Part shown: piece after piece, positions 54,599 through 64,000 of the stretch
Layout of the letters: every line of letters starts with the position of its first letter
Position numbering within the stretch: the stretch's first letter is position 1
From: an uncultured Thermotogae bacterium
GTDB taxonomy: Bacteria; Thermotogota; Thermotogae; MWEM01
Reading direction: 5' to 3'
Length of the DNA: 64,000 nt
Assembly: GCA_963667315.1 (NCBI GenBank)
Contig: OY763325.1
Location: 363,378 to 427,377 of the forward strand
Translations under genes and position numbers: made by a program
The notes under the pieces: generated by a model
What the model was told of the DNA's origin: nothing
Databases searched by the model: none
The model's input: only the letters and a program-made list of their open reading frames with translations

Positions 54599-55822
54599 AT
54601 GACTTCTACAAAAAGCATTAAAGGCAGGTCTTTTATTCAGCTTATCATAATTGTTTTAACTTTAGTCTGCTTGAACATTTTTGTCATAAACGGAACGGTA
54701 AAGGTTTCAATCTTCCTTTTTTTTATAATGCTGCCACTCTCATTTCTGTTTACTTCTGTCAGGATCAGATCGGTTAAAAAATACGAAAGAGAAAGTTATG
54801 CAAATAGACCTTATGATGTTTCACAAGAAATCTGTATCATAACAGCCTGTAAGAATGAAGGCGATACGATTATCAACACCGTTAAGCATTATCTGAGTTT
54901 TCCGGAAAATGTGAAATTTGTCCTTTATGATGATGGTTCAACGGACGGGAGTTATGAAGAACTGATAACAATCTCTGAAATTTATCCGGAAAGATTTATC
55001 CTCAAACCATTGAAACGCAGGGAAATTCATATTCATCCCAAGGCTTTTGCCCTTGAAGATGCCTTTGAAACGGTTAACTGCGATTATTTTCTTGTTATTG
55101 ATGCAGACAGTATGATTTCGAGGAGCGATTTTGAAAACGCAGTAGCTGCAATACAAAGCAGGGATATTGATGTCCTTCATATTACAAGAAGGAATACTGC
55201 GAAGAATAATTTAACCTATGGAATGAGCGATGTTGAGGAATTGATGTTTGGTGTCTTTAGATTGTTGAAGATTCAATCAACCATTTTCGAAGGGTCGGGT
55301 TTTTTTGTCAAATCAGATCTCGTCTCAAATTTTCGCTTTGAAGAAGACAGTTTTAGTGAGGATAATTATTTTTACAGTCAGATGAAAAAAAAGACAAATA
55401 AGATCGAATTTTTCTACACCCTTTATTCAGAAGAACGGGCAGCGGATACCTTGAAGCAATTTATCAGGCAGCGAATAAACTGGTTCAATATGTGTATCCC
55501 TTTTTTTATAACGCATGAATTCCTGAATTTGATCTTCTGGAATATCTTAATCACGGCGATTGCTTTAACCGTTTACAATCCTTTCAGTATGGGGTTGGTT
55601 TTAATTTCCATCGTAGCGGGGATAATCTTTGGGTTAGTTTCAGCTGTTTCACTGTTCTTAACCCCAACAAATATCTTTTTAACCCTGCTATACAGTTTAT
55701 GTCACACGCTCATGACTCAAATTATACTCATGCCGATATTTTTAGGTATTCAGATAAAAATATTGTTTGGAAAGAATAGAACGGAAATTGATAAAAATCA
55801 TATGGGCAAACATTCTGATTAA
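54599..55822 (+). CDS. membrane glycosyltransferase family 2 (GT-A fold plus C-terminal TM helices)
   Basis: 407 aa; N-terminal TMs, GT2 motifs ICIITACKNEG, YDDGSTDGS, VIDADS, then several C-terminal TM helices. Confidence 0.75.
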   Translation: MTSTKSIKGRSFIQLIIIVLTLVCLNIFVINGTVKVSIFLFFIMLPLSFLFTSVRIRSVKKYERESYANRPYDVSQEICIITACKNEGDTIINTVKHYLSFPENVKFVLYDDGSTDGSYEELITISEIYPERFILKPLKRREIHIHPKAFALEDAFETVNCDYFLVIDADSMISRSDFENAVAAIQSRDIDVLHITRRNTAKNNLTYGMSDVEELMFGVFRLLKIQSTIFEGSGFFVKSDLVSNFRFEEDSFSEDNYFYSQMKKKTNKIEFFYTLYSEERAADTLKQFIRQRINWFNMCIPFFITHEFLNLIFWNILITAIALTVYNPFSMGLVLISIVAGIIFGLVSAVSLFLTPTNIFLTLLYSLCHTLMTQIILMPIFLGIQIKILFGKNRTEIDKNHMGKHSD

Positions 55823-55838
55823 ACAGAAATAGCCTGAA

Positions 55839-57545
55839 TTAATCTATTCTCTCTCTTATCACTTGAAGGACAAGAGGGGCGTTTTTTATTTGTGCGTGAT
55901 CCAAATCATCAAAAATATATAGATTTTCTTTCCGAATACCTTCCTGATGGGGAGTTAAGTTCTGACTCCATTGTGTGACAAATCCATCGTTCAGAGTATG
56001 GTCACTTTCCGAGATGACTGCCGCAAAATTCTGAATAATAGTTGAAAGAACCCTTTGTATCATGTACTGAATAAAGGGGATATTTAAGAGTTGTGTGTCA
56101 CTCATCAAATTCTCCGAACCCGGTGTGAAGTTCATGAACTTCATCAATGCGGATGTTTTTTTCAGGAATTCCTCAGAATTTGAAGCATAAGATGTGATCA
56201 GGATGATTTTGTCTTTGTAGTGATGGGTCTTATTTAAAAGATTCAATTCTTCGTTGATGACGTAAGTGGTTCTGTTAAACGCAAATTCTTTTTCCAATTT
56301 TGTTAGAAATTCGGAAGACGTGTAACGCATTGACTTAACGCCTGCATAGGGAACAATTTGACCCCCGGTAACAGGAACATCATCAAAACTTGTTAGAAGC
56401 AGACATGAAAGAACGGGATTGTTGCGATAGAATTCAACAAACTGATCAAGAAAATACTGGACTTTTTCGGGATTAAGTAACAATTCAAAATAATTATTGA
56501 GCATTGAAAGAACTTCATACAGGAATGTATCCCTTTCATCATTGTAATTGGTATTAATCGCTTTTAACGAAGCTTCCCGTGTTATATACTCAAAAAGATA
56601 ATCGGTCAGATTAACAAAATACGTGCCTTCGAGAACACCGCCAATTAAGAAGAGATTTTTTACTTCGTCCCCTAGATATCCTGAATGATACGATAATTCT
56701 GAATTTAGAGCGTATTGACCAACCAGCGTCCCCATACTGTATGAAATGATATAGATTTCATCGTATGAATCGATTATTCCCGCTTTTTCTATCAATTCCG
56801 TCAACCTTTCCCCATAAAACTTTGAATCGTAAAAGTATGTATCATAATGATATTCAAAATAGTCAGTATTCTCAAATTGATAATACATTTTCCAGTAATC
56901 TCTTAACTCTTCACTTCTCCAACCGTCAAAATCATTTCCTTTTAAATTTGAGAGAATATTTTTATAGACGGCGTTTTGTAAACCATGAAGGAATATGACG
57001 GCTTTTTTATTCCCATTGTTTTTAAGACTTGGTGAGTTGTTTTCAGGTGTCCATATTGTTTCTATGACTCTCTTATTTTTCTCTTGATCAAATGATACTT
57101 TCATCAGTTCATAATATGATTCGAGCGGTTGATCATAATCAATAGCGATCTCGACTTTTTTTGGAAAGGTTTGTAGAAATCTGTTTTTCTCTTCCTGCGT
57201 CATCTCTTCAACGACTGACAATTGTGTTTCTTCGATCATCCACATAAAATGAATTAACGAAAAAAATTCTTCTTTGCTGTTGGTTAAGATGGGATAATAG
57301 GCTGAATGAGATTGAATGAATTGTTTGTTATCATTGTTACCGAAAAGTTTTATCTCGGCTTTTATCGCATAAACATTTTCAGGAACATCATGAAAGAAAA
57401 CAGGTATTACTGTAAATGGTGTTATGGCTTCTTGATATTCCAGTGAATATTCAAAGTCACTGGCGATGAGGAATGAAGTTGAGAGCAACAAAAAAAACAG
57501 TATAAATAATAGACTTATTCGAGAATGACAAAGAAAAAGACGCAT
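55839..57545 (-). CDS. secreted/membrane-anchored lipase-like alpha/beta hydrolase (PGAP1/DUF676-type)
   Basis: Preferred start is the internal ATG at 57545 (signal-like MRLFLCHSRISLLFILFFLLLSTSFLIAS); oxyanion motif AVIFLHGL and nucleophile-elbow-like IISYSMGTLVG. The first 61 codons of the ORF-track version overlap the hemolysin-III gene. Confidence 0.6.
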   Translation of the reverse strand: MRLFLCHSRISLLFILFFLLLSTSFLIASDFEYSLEYQEAITPFTVIPVFFHDVPENVYAIKAEIKLFGNNDNKQFIQSHSAYYPILTNSKEEFFSLIHFMWMIEETQLSVVEEMTQEEKNRFLQTFPKKVEIAIDYDQPLESYYELMKVSFDQEKNKRVIETIWTPENNSPSLKNNGNKKAVIFLHGLQNAVYKNILSNLKGNDFDGWRSEELRDYWKMYYQFENTDYFEYHYDTYFYDSKFYGERLTELIEKAGIIDSYDEIYIISYSMGTLVGQYALNSELSYHSGYLGDEVKNLFLIGGVLEGTYFVNLTDYLFEYITREASLKAINTNYNDERDTFLYEVLSMLNNYFELLLNPEKVQYFLDQFVEFYRNNPVLSCLLLTSFDDVPVTGGQIVPYAGVKSMRYTSSEFLTKLEKEFAFNRTTYVINEELNLLNKTHHYKDKIILITSYASNSEEFLKKTSALMKFMNFTPGSENLMSDTQLLNIPFIQYMIQRVLSTIIQNFAAVISESDHTLNDGFVTQWSQNLTPHQEGIRKENLYIFDDLDHAQIKNAPLVLQVIRERID

Positions 57546-58168
57546 ATAAAATGCGCAAAACTCCCGGCCAATACGAAAAGATGCCAGATAGCGTGATGAT
57601 ACGGTATTTTTCTTATGATGTAAAACGGTGTTCCCGCGGTGTATAAAATTCCTCCCAAAACCAGCCAAAATAAACCTCCTGAAGAAAGTGTTTCTGATAA
57701 TGGTCCGATTGCAAAGACAATCAACCAACCCATTGCTATATATAACAGTGTGGAAAAAACGACGAATTTCCTGATGAAAAAGATTTTAAAGATAATCCCA
57801 ATGAGTGTTAATCCCCAGACAATACCAAAAATTGACCACCCAACCGCTCCTCTTAAATTGACAAGTGTAAACGGTGTGTATGTACCGGCAATCAAGATAA
57901 AGATTGCAGAATGATCCATTATTTCAAAGATATTTTTGGTCTTTCCGGGTCTGAAACCGTGATAGAGGGTAGAAGCCAAAAAAAGTGCTATCAAACTGAC
58001 GCCGTAAATAACAGACCCGACTATTTTCCAGGCATCTCCTGTTAAACCTGAAAATACCGAAAGTAACACGAGTGCAGTGATTGCAAATACTGTTCCAGCA
58101 CCATGAGAAATACTGTTGAACAATTCTTCTTTTTTAGTAAAATGCTGTATATTTTCTATTTCCATCAC
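57515..58168 (-). CDS. hemolysin-III family (PAQR-type) membrane protein
   Basis: 217 aa, 7 TM helices; N-terminal EELFNSISHGAG and C-terminal HAIWHLFVL His motifs. Confidence 0.85.
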   Translation of the reverse strand: MMEIENIQHFTKKEELFNSISHGAGTVFAITALVLLSVFSGLTGDAWKIVGSVIYGVSLIALFLASTLYHGFRPGKTKNIFEIMDHSAIFILIAGTYTPFTLVNLRGAVGWSIFGIVWGLTLIGIIFKIFFIRKFVVFSTLLYIAMGWLIVFAIGPLSETLSSGGLFWLVLGGILYTAGTPFYIIRKIPYHHAIWHLFVLAGSFAHFICVFFFVILE

Positions 58169-58173
58169 CTCAA

Positions 58174-58911
58174 CTATCCTTTCAATTTGTTCAATCCTTT
58201 TTCCATTTGATCTCTTACATATGCTTCGTATTCTTCATATACCTTAAATTCTCCTGCATCAACGGGGTCCATGATAATAGCCTTAACCTTTGCAGGCCTT
58301 ACAACCCAACTCCCCTTTGGCATGGCATCACCTGATCCATTTATCAGAACAGGAACAATTTTCTTTCGGCTTTTGTGAGCTATCTTTAAGCTACCTTCAG
58401 CAAATTTTCCAAGTGAACTGTCTTTTGATCTTGTTCCCTCGGGGAATATGCCAATATTTTTACCGTTTTTAAGAAATTCCAGTATTTTTCTGAGTGATTT
58501 CACTGCTTTTGACGGATTGTGTCTGTCAATTGTGATACAGAAAAGTTGCATCGCTTCCTTGTAAAATGGGATTTTTTCCAGTTCTTCCTTTGCAAGGAGA
58601 AAAAGATCTTCTGCGATAAAACCGAGTAAAAGCATCGGATCAAGAAAACTCTGATGATTCATCACAATAATATAATTTTCATCTTTTGGAAGCTTATCTT
58701 TTCCAATAATTTCAGGTCGACACCCAAAATTTGAAAATATTTTTCTTGAAAAAGATGGTGATTTTGTTCGTATAAATGCCTGAGCTGCATCAAATCCTTC
58801 TTTTTCCTGTATCTTAAGTGCTTTCCTCATTTGAACGAGACCGTAAAGCAACATAATTATTGCAGCCGGAAAAAAGTAAAAGCTGTAAAAGAAAAGTAGT
58901 ATTTTTTTCAT
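58174..58911 (-). CDS. plsC: 1-acyl-sn-glycerol-3-phosphate acyltransferase
   Basis: 245 aa; N-terminal TM, acyltransferase motif I VMNHQSFLD (HxxxxD) and motif III FPEGTRS. Confidence 0.85.
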   Translation of the reverse strand: MKKILLFFYSFYFFPAAIIMLLYGLVQMRKALKIQEKEGFDAAQAFIRTKSPSFSRKIFSNFGCRPEIIGKDKLPKDENYIIVMNHQSFLDPMLLLGFIAEDLFLLAKEELEKIPFYKEAMQLFCITIDRHNPSKAVKSLRKILEFLKNGKNIGIFPEGTRSKDSSLGKFAEGSLKIAHKSRKKIVPVLINGSGDAMPKGSWVVRPAKVKAIIMDPVDAGEFKVYEEYEAYVRDQMEKGLNKLKG

Positions 58912-58931
58912 TTATCACCTCATAATTACAA

Positions 58932-58953
58932 GGCCTTCCCGAAAGGGAAGGCC
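58932..58953. terminator. stable GAAA-tetraloop hairpin between argF and plsC
   Basis: ggccttccc-gaaa-gggaaggcc; 9-bp GC-rich stem but weak U-tract, so terminator function is uncertain. Confidence 0.45.
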
Positions 58954-58986
58954 GGAATTAAAATTTATTCTAATAATTCTGAATCC

Positions 58987-59928
58987 TTACGGTGTAACGA
59001 GTGCAAGGATGGATTTGATTGAATGCATTCTGTTTGCAGCCTGATCAAAGATAACGCTTCTCGGGCAATGTGCCACTTCATGCGTACATTCTTCGCCATA
59101 ATGTGCAGGAAGGCAGTGCATAAAGATTGCTGTTGATTTTGCCTTGTTGAAGACATCAAGTGTAACCTGATAAGGCATGAAAGTCTTTTTCTTTTCATCC
59201 GCTTCGGCTTCCTGTCCCATGCTTGCCCAAACATCCGTATAAACGATATCGGCATCTTTGATACCATCTTCTATACTGTTTGTAACTTCAATGATTGAAC
59301 CTGTATCGTATCTTTCAGCAATTGCCTTTGCGCTGTTGATGACTTCTTCGGTGGGTTCGAATCCGGGTGCCGTGACAGCTGTGATGTGTGTGCCCATGAG
59401 AGCGGCTGAGAATATTGTTGAATTGCATACATTGTTTCCGTCTCCGATGTAACAGATCTTTAGCCCTTCAAATTTTCTGTATTTTTCATAGATGGTGAGG
59501 AAATCACCAAGTGCCTGAGTCGGATGTTCATAATCACAAAGTCCGTTAATGACAGGGATTGAAGCATATTCAGCCAGGTCCTGAACTGTTTTGTTTTCAA
59601 ATACTCTTGCCATGATAACATCTGCCATTCCTGAAAGAACCTTTGCAATATCTTCAGTTGTTTCTCTCTGACCGAGTTTGATGTCATCCGGTCCGAGGTA
59701 TATTCCATGTCCACCAAGATGAGTCATTGATGATTCAAATGATACCCTTGTTCTGAGTGATGGTTTCTGGAAAATTTCCGCGAGTGTCTTGTTTTTTAAG
59801 ATGTCCGGTCTCTGACCCATATTGAGTCCTGTTTTTAATGATATTGCTGTCTCAATAAACTGGAAGAATTCCTCTGGCGTAAGATCCTTAATACTGATTA
59901 GGTCTCTTCCTTTAAGATTTACTGACAT
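58987..59928 (-). CDS. argF: ornithine carbamoyltransferase
   Basis: 313 aa; carbamoyl-phosphate motif SLRTR, ornithine-binding region DVWASMG, HCLPA motif. Confidence 0.85.
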   Translation of the reverse strand: MSVNLKGRDLISIKDLTPEEFFQFIETAISLKTGLNMGQRPDILKNKTLAEIFQKPSLRTRVSFESSMTHLGGHGIYLGPDDIKLGQRETTEDIAKVLSGMADVIMARVFENKTVQDLAEYASIPVINGLCDYEHPTQALGDFLTIYEKYRKFEGLKICYIGDGNNVCNSTIFSAALMGTHITAVTAPGFEPTEEVINSAKAIAERYDTGSIIEVTNSIEDGIKDADIVYTDVWASMGQEAEADEKKKTFMPYQVTLDVFNKAKSTAIFMHCLPAHYGEECTHEVAHCPRSVIFDQAANRMHSIKSILALVTP

Positions 59929-59971
59929 GCCACACCTCCGTAGTGAAATTAGTTAATTTTTTTCTATATTG

Positions 59972-60907
59972 TTATTTTGTGCGTTCAAGGGCAACAGAAG
60001 CAGCTCCAAGAATTGCTCCCTTTTCCTTCAAATCACTCACAATTATATCATAAGAATTCACCAAAGAACCATACGTATGTTCATGAGCAACCTGCTTCAC
60101 TTCGTCAAGAAAAACATCTCCGGCTCTTGAGATACCGCCGGTCAGGATGATGATATCCGGATTGAAAATGTTGACAAGTGAACCGATTCCGATACCCAGA
60201 CCCCAACAGAACTTTCTTACGACAAGTTCTGCCATTCTATCCCCTTCTTTATAGGCATCGAAGATATATTTCGCCTGAACGGGTCCACCTTCAGCATATT
60301 TCAAAACCAGTGATTCAGGATAACGGGATTTGAAGATCTTCACCCATTCTCTCATCCCGCTGATGGATGAGAACGTTTCTAAACAACCTTTGTTACCACA
60401 GCTGCATATTGGTCCGGAAGGATCAACAATCATATGCCCGAGCTCGCCGCCATGGCCATGGCCGCCTACGATCATATGCCCTTCGGTATAAGCCGCCCCA
60501 CCAACACCTGTTCCGAGTGTAATCACGATGAAATTGTCAGATCCTTTTGCTCCGCCAAACCATCTCTCTCCATATCCTGCAGCTTTGGCATCATTTTCAA
60601 GGAATGTTTCAAAACCGGTTGCTGATTCAATTTCCTTAACGAGCTCAACTCCGTTGAGTGTCATGAGATTATTGGCATATATAATGATACCGTTTTCTCT
60701 GTCTATTGAACCGGGTGAACCGATCCCTACTTTTACCTGTTCACCGTCTGCAACATCTCTGATCAATTCAATCATCCTTGAACAGACGTTTTCTTTTCCT
60801 TCCTCAATAAGGGTCTTGATCGATTTTTGATTGGTTATATTACCATTTTCATCGACAAGTCCCCCTTTAATGTTTGTGCCGCCCAGATCAATTCCAACAG
60901 TTTTCAA
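59972..60907 (-). CDS. glcK: ROK-family glucokinase
   Basis: 311 aa; N-terminal GIDLGGTNIKGGLV, ROK zinc motif CSCGNKGCLE. Sugar specificity is inferred. Confidence 0.8.
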   Translation of the reverse strand: MKTVGIDLGGTNIKGGLVDENGNITNQKSIKTLIEEGKENVCSRMIELIRDVADGEQVKVGIGSPGSIDRENGIIIYANNLMTLNGVELVKEIESATGFETFLENDAKAAGYGERWFGGAKGSDNFIVITLGTGVGGAAYTEGHMIVGGHGHGGELGHMIVDPSGPICSCGNKGCLETFSSISGMREWVKIFKSRYPESLVLKYAEGGPVQAKYIFDAYKEGDRMAELVVRKFCWGLGIGIGSLVNIFNPDIIILTGGISRAGDVFLDEVKQVAHEHTYGSLVNSYDIIVSDLKEKGAILGAASVALERTK

Positions 60908-61497
60908 TGCTTTTCCTCCTCTTTAAACTGTTCTTTATGTTTATACATATCGATTCTTATCGTACCGTATTCATGTGATTTTATCAAGTCATACATTTTT
61001 GATTCTACTGATTCAAATCGTTTTTGTGTTTCTACTATCAAAAGCCCATTCTGATGAATAATATCATTTTTACATAATAAAGCGGACACCATTTTTTTAT
61101 ATAAACTTTCTATAAAGGGGGTATCGATAAAAACAATGTCAAATCTTTTGTCTGTTTTTCTCAGGAATCTGATCATGTCCTGTTTGATAATTTTGATCTG
61201 ATTTGATATCTCCAAAGCGTTAACGTTGTTTTTGAGCGTCTTGATAGAGAGGGGGGAAATATCGACAAAAGTACAGGTTCCGGCTCCACGGCTGATAGCT
61301 TCTATTCCGATTTGACCACTGGCCGCACACAATTCCAGGAAATCTGCTCCTTCGATCTCTATGTTTGAACTGATGATCGAAAAAAGAGAATTTTTTACTT
61401 TTGAGGGTGTATATCTCGTTCTTTTATCATCGACACCTTGAATCTTTTTTCCCTTTAAGTTACCGGAACTAATCGTAAATTTTTCCAAATTGATCAC
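60904..61497 (-). CDS. rsmD: 16S rRNA (guanine966-N2)-methyltransferase RsmD-like
   Basis: 197 aa; SAM-MTase motif I LELCAASGQIGIEAISRGA and DPPF-like FIDTPF motif with RsmD-type N-terminus. Confidence 0.75.
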   Translation of the reverse strand: MINLEKFTISSGNLKGKKIQGVDDKRTRYTPSKVKNSLFSIISSNIEIEGADFLELCAASGQIGIEAISRGAGTCTFVDISPLSIKTLKNNVNALEISNQIKIIKQDMIRFLRKTDKRFDIVFIDTPFIESLYKKMVSALLCKNDIIHQNGLLIVETQKRFESVESKMYDLIKSHEYGTIRIDMYKHKEQFKEEEKH

Positions 61498-62376
61498 CTA
61501 TTTTAAAAATTTCATCTGAGGAAAGATTATTTCATCCAGAACTCTGTCAACTTCCGATAGAGAGTTTTCAAATCTTACAAGGAAAACATCTATCATATGT
61601 AGCCATTTGGGAAGCATGGGAAACTTTATTTGAAAAGTGGTTAATATCATAGGAATCCCACTAATGGCGTCCGGATCGGAAAGTTTCTCAAAAATATTCG
61701 AATAAGATTCACTGACTACGGTCTTGACCATCGCGGCTACCGCACGACATTCAGATTCTGTATTGATGGCTTCCTTTTTTAATTTTAGTGAAAAAAACAC
61801 TTTTCCGCCGTTAAAATCGATCCTGTAATTCTTTTCATTCCATCGTTCATATGCTTTTAATAAATAGAGGAGTTTGTCTTCTGTAAATAGGCTTGAAACT
61901 GAAATTTTCTTTATTCCCAGTACATTTTCTTCTTTTAATAATTTGGCTGTTTCGTTTTTTTTCCCAAATACGGCAAACGATGAGACAGAAGTCGTTTTTT
62001 GATGGATATTGATAAACATCTTAATCTCTTTTTTTTCAGGAGGAACTGCGTTTATTTTTTGATAGAAGTTTCTGTAAAAATCAGAGAAATCTGACGGAGC
62101 TGTTACTATTTGCTGTTTTGTTGTTGAGTTGAATATTCCCCTTTCCGGAGACAGACCAATTAAATAAGGGCCTGTTTTGGAAATCAGGACGTATAGCGAG
62201 GGATATCCTTTTGCAAACATAAAAAGACTGATATTTTCACAAATATCATCTCGATAAGCATTAAAAAAAGATTTAAAAGAGAAAGTGCTTATGATATTAT
62301 AATAAAAGTATTCCAACTCTTCTACAAGCGTCCTGGTACCAAGACGAATGAAATTGTCAATCATTTGTTCCCTCAT
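61498..62376 (-). CDS. hypothetical protein
   Basis: ORF of about 290 codons between rsmD and recQ; no recognisable motif; start taken at internal MREQ to limit overlap with recQ. Confidence 0.5.
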   Translation of the reverse strand: MREQMIDNFIRLGTRTLVEELEYFYYNIISTFSFKSFFNAYRDDICENISLFMFAKGYPSLYVLISKTGPYLIGLSPERGIFNSTTKQQIVTAPSDFSDFYRNFYQKINAVPPEKKEIKMFINIHQKTTSVSSFAVFGKKNETAKLLKEENVLGIKKISVSSLFTEDKLLYLLKAYERWNEKNYRIDFNGGKVFFSLKLKKEAINTESECRAVAAMVKTVVSESYSNIFEKLSDPDAISGIPMILTTFQIKFPMLPKWLHMIDVFLVRFENSLSEVDRVLDEIIFPQMKFLK

Positions 62377-64000
62377 ATTCTTTAATTTCGCTGATAAAAA
62401 GTGCACCATATTTTTCCAGTTTCTTTTCTCCTACCCCTTTTATACGCAACATTTCTACTTCGTTTGCCGGTTTAATTGAACTCATTTCCTTGAGTGTATA
62501 ATCCGGAAAAACGACATATGGCGGGACATTTTGTGATTCTGAAATGGTTTTTCTTAATTTTCTCAGTCGATGGAATAACTCTTCATTCGGTTCTTTATCA
62601 GTGGTAATAATCATACTTGTCTTTCTAAGTACCTTTTTTTCACCACGAAGAACCATCCATGAATCTTTATTTAACCCGAGTAATGGAAACCTTCCGGGTG
62701 AAACATTTAAAAGTCTTTCAGCCGTCAGAAAATTGATCAGATCTTTTATTTCTTTTTCTTTAAATTCACTCATAATACCAAATGTTGAGAGTTTATCAAA
62801 TCCCTTCTGTTTTATCTTTGAAGAATTTGACCCCATTAAAACTTTAGCAACCATCAATGAACCATAAGACTGCTTTAATCTGTAGACACAGGACAATATC
62901 TTCTGAGCCTCAACGGTTATATCATATTGTTTGATAGCCGTATTCAGACAATTAAAACAGTTCTCACATTTTTCTTCGTTTTCCTCGTTGAAATATGTCG
63001 AGATATAATTCCAAAGACAATCATGTGTGTGACAAAAATTGATCATATCCTGAAGTTTCTTGCCGGCTACCAAAGTTCTTTCTTCCGATAAATCGGATTT
63101 CTCTATAAGAAATCTCTGAATATTTTTATCAGCTTCTGAAAAAAGCATATATGCCTGAGAATTCTCGCCATCTCTTCCCGCTCTTCCGATTTCCTGGTAA
63201 TAAGCTTCTATCGTTTTCGGCATATTCAGATGAACAATATATCTGATATTTGGTTTATCAATGCCCATACCAAAGGCGTTTGTTGCAATCATCAGATTGA
63301 TATCCTCAAGGATAAAAGCATCCTGCATTTCCTTTCTTTCAAGCGGTTCCATGCCACCGTGATATTTTCCAATATTATAGCCTTTTTTAAGAAGAAAATC
63401 ATAATATTCTTCAACGCTTTTTCTGGTGGCACAATAGATAATTCCGGCATCATCAGGACGTTTTTGTAAAAGATTTAATATAAAATTCTTTCGGTTTTCG
63501 CCTTTTAGGATTTCTATGTATATGTTTGATCTTCTGAGTCCAAGATTAAAAATTTCAGGTTTTTCAAGTTCGAGAAGCTTCTCAATATCTTTCCTGACAT
63601 TTTTGGTGGCTGTAGCCGTAAAAGCACTGACAACCGGGCGTTTTCTAAAACGTTTCACGAATTCGCTGATATTCTGATAACTGGGTCTGAAATCGTGACC
63701 CCACTCAGAAACACAATGCGCTTCGTCGACAGCTATTTGAGAGATATTAGAATTATAAATATCTTCCGAAAAATAAAAACTTCCAAGTCTTTCAGGTGCA
63801 ACATAGAGTATTTTATATTTATCGTTGATGAAATCTTCAGTTCTTTTGTATATTTCTTCATAAGACAGACTACTGTTGATAAAACTAGCCTCTATATCCA
63901 TGGCTTTTAAGCTGTCTACCTGATCCTTCATGAGAGAAATCAAAGGGGAAACAACGATGCTCTTTCCATCTAACAAAAGAGCGGGTATCTGAAAACATAA
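62357..64000 (-). CDS. recQ: ATP-dependent DNA helicase RecQ (5' end beyond window)
   Basis: Frame is open to the window edge (upstream codons read ...LCFQIPALLLDGKS, as in RecQ motif I/Ia); DEAH box VDEAHCVSEWGHDFRPSY; Zn-finger Cys cluster (CENCFNC); C-terminal HRDC-like region. Confidence 0.9.
   Translation of the reverse strand, partial: LCFQIPALLLDGKSIVVSPLISLMKDQVDSLKAMDIEASFINSSLSYEEIYKRTEDFINDKYKILYVAPERLGSFYFSEDIYNSNISQIAVDEAHCVSEWGHDFRPSYQNISEFVKRFRKRPVVSAFTATATKNVRKDIEKLLELEKPEIFNLGLRRSNIYIEILKGENRKNFILNLLQKRPDDAGIIYCATRKSVEEYYDFLLKKGYNIGKYHGGMEPLERKEMQDAFILEDINLMIATNAFGMGIDKPNIRYIVHLNMPKTIEAYYQEIGRAGRDGENSQAYMLFSEADKNIQRFLIEKSDLSEERTLVAGKKLQDMINFCHTHDCLWNYISTYFNEENEEKCENCFNCLNTAIKQYDITVEAQKILSCVYRLKQSYGSLMVAKVLMGSNSSKIKQKGFDKLSTFGIMSEFKEKEIKDLINFLTAERLLNVSPGRFPLLGLNKDSWMVLRGEKKVLRKTSMIITTDKEPNEELFHRLRKLRKTISESQNVPPYVVFPDYTLKEMSSIKPANEVEMLRIKGVGEKKLEKYGALFISEIKEYEGTND

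Noticed and set aside
55839-57728. Upstream 61 codons of the 629-aa ORF
   Set aside because: Overlap the hemolysin-III gene in another frame; the internal ATG at 57545 gives a signal-peptide-like N-terminus.
58965-59267. 100-aa minus-strand ORF
   Set aside because: Alternative frame inside argF.
1-64000. CRISPR arrays, rRNA genes, IS elements, prophage genes
   Set aside because: No evenly spaced direct repeats, no rRNA-like conserved stretches, and no transposase, integrase, capsid or terminase-like translations were seen on either strand.

Overview
AT-rich bacterial chromosomal segment with about 58 protein-coding genes, three minus-strand tRNAs (Lys-UUU, Leu-UAG, Gly-GCC) and one lysine riboswitch. 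I saw no rRNA, CRISPR array, transposase, integrase or prophage signal. Layout: (i) 1-5.5 kb: a partial membrane sensor-like gene running off the window start, a glutaredoxin-like gene and a 1455-aa hybrid histidine kinase; (ii) 6.3-12.2 kb: a minus-strand lysine-biosynthesis operon (asd-dapA-dapB-dapH-lysC-aminotransferase) behind an L-box riboswitch with a terminator-type expression platform; (iii) 12.5-15.1 kb: two tandem paralogous lipoproteins with a clan-CD (legumain/caspase-like) His...Cys motif pair; (iv) 15-22.6 kb: acyl-ACP thioesterase, two divergent MFS transporters (one behind a leader-peptide/attenuator-like leader), PhzF-like protein, the tRNA cluster, MBL hydrolase, MATE exporter; (v) 22.7-47.2 kb: about 24.6 kb of 19 co-directional, tightly packed minus-strand genes mixing housekeeping (folC, polyprenyl synthase, argS, mnmE) with PilT, Mini-III RNase, a FliK-like/FlhB-C-like pair, a TM0106-family nuclease and a membrane-anchored Hsp70-like ATPase next to a membrane protein with a GrpE-like C-terminus; (vi) 47-64 kb: M19 dipeptidase, ATL protein, ABC ATPase, MocR regulator, Fe-S aldo/keto reductase, a lipid-related cluster (GT2, lipase-like, hemolysin-III, plsC), argF, ROK glucokinase, rsmD and a 5'-truncated recQ. 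My best candidates for something undescribed are the membrane Hsp70-like/GrpE-like module (43.8-47.2 kb), the tandem legumain-like peptidases (12.5-15.1 kb) and the PilT / FliK-like / FlhB-like block (30.7-38.5 kb). All functional calls rest on motifs read by eye from the supplied translations; no database or HMM search was possible and start codons are approximate.
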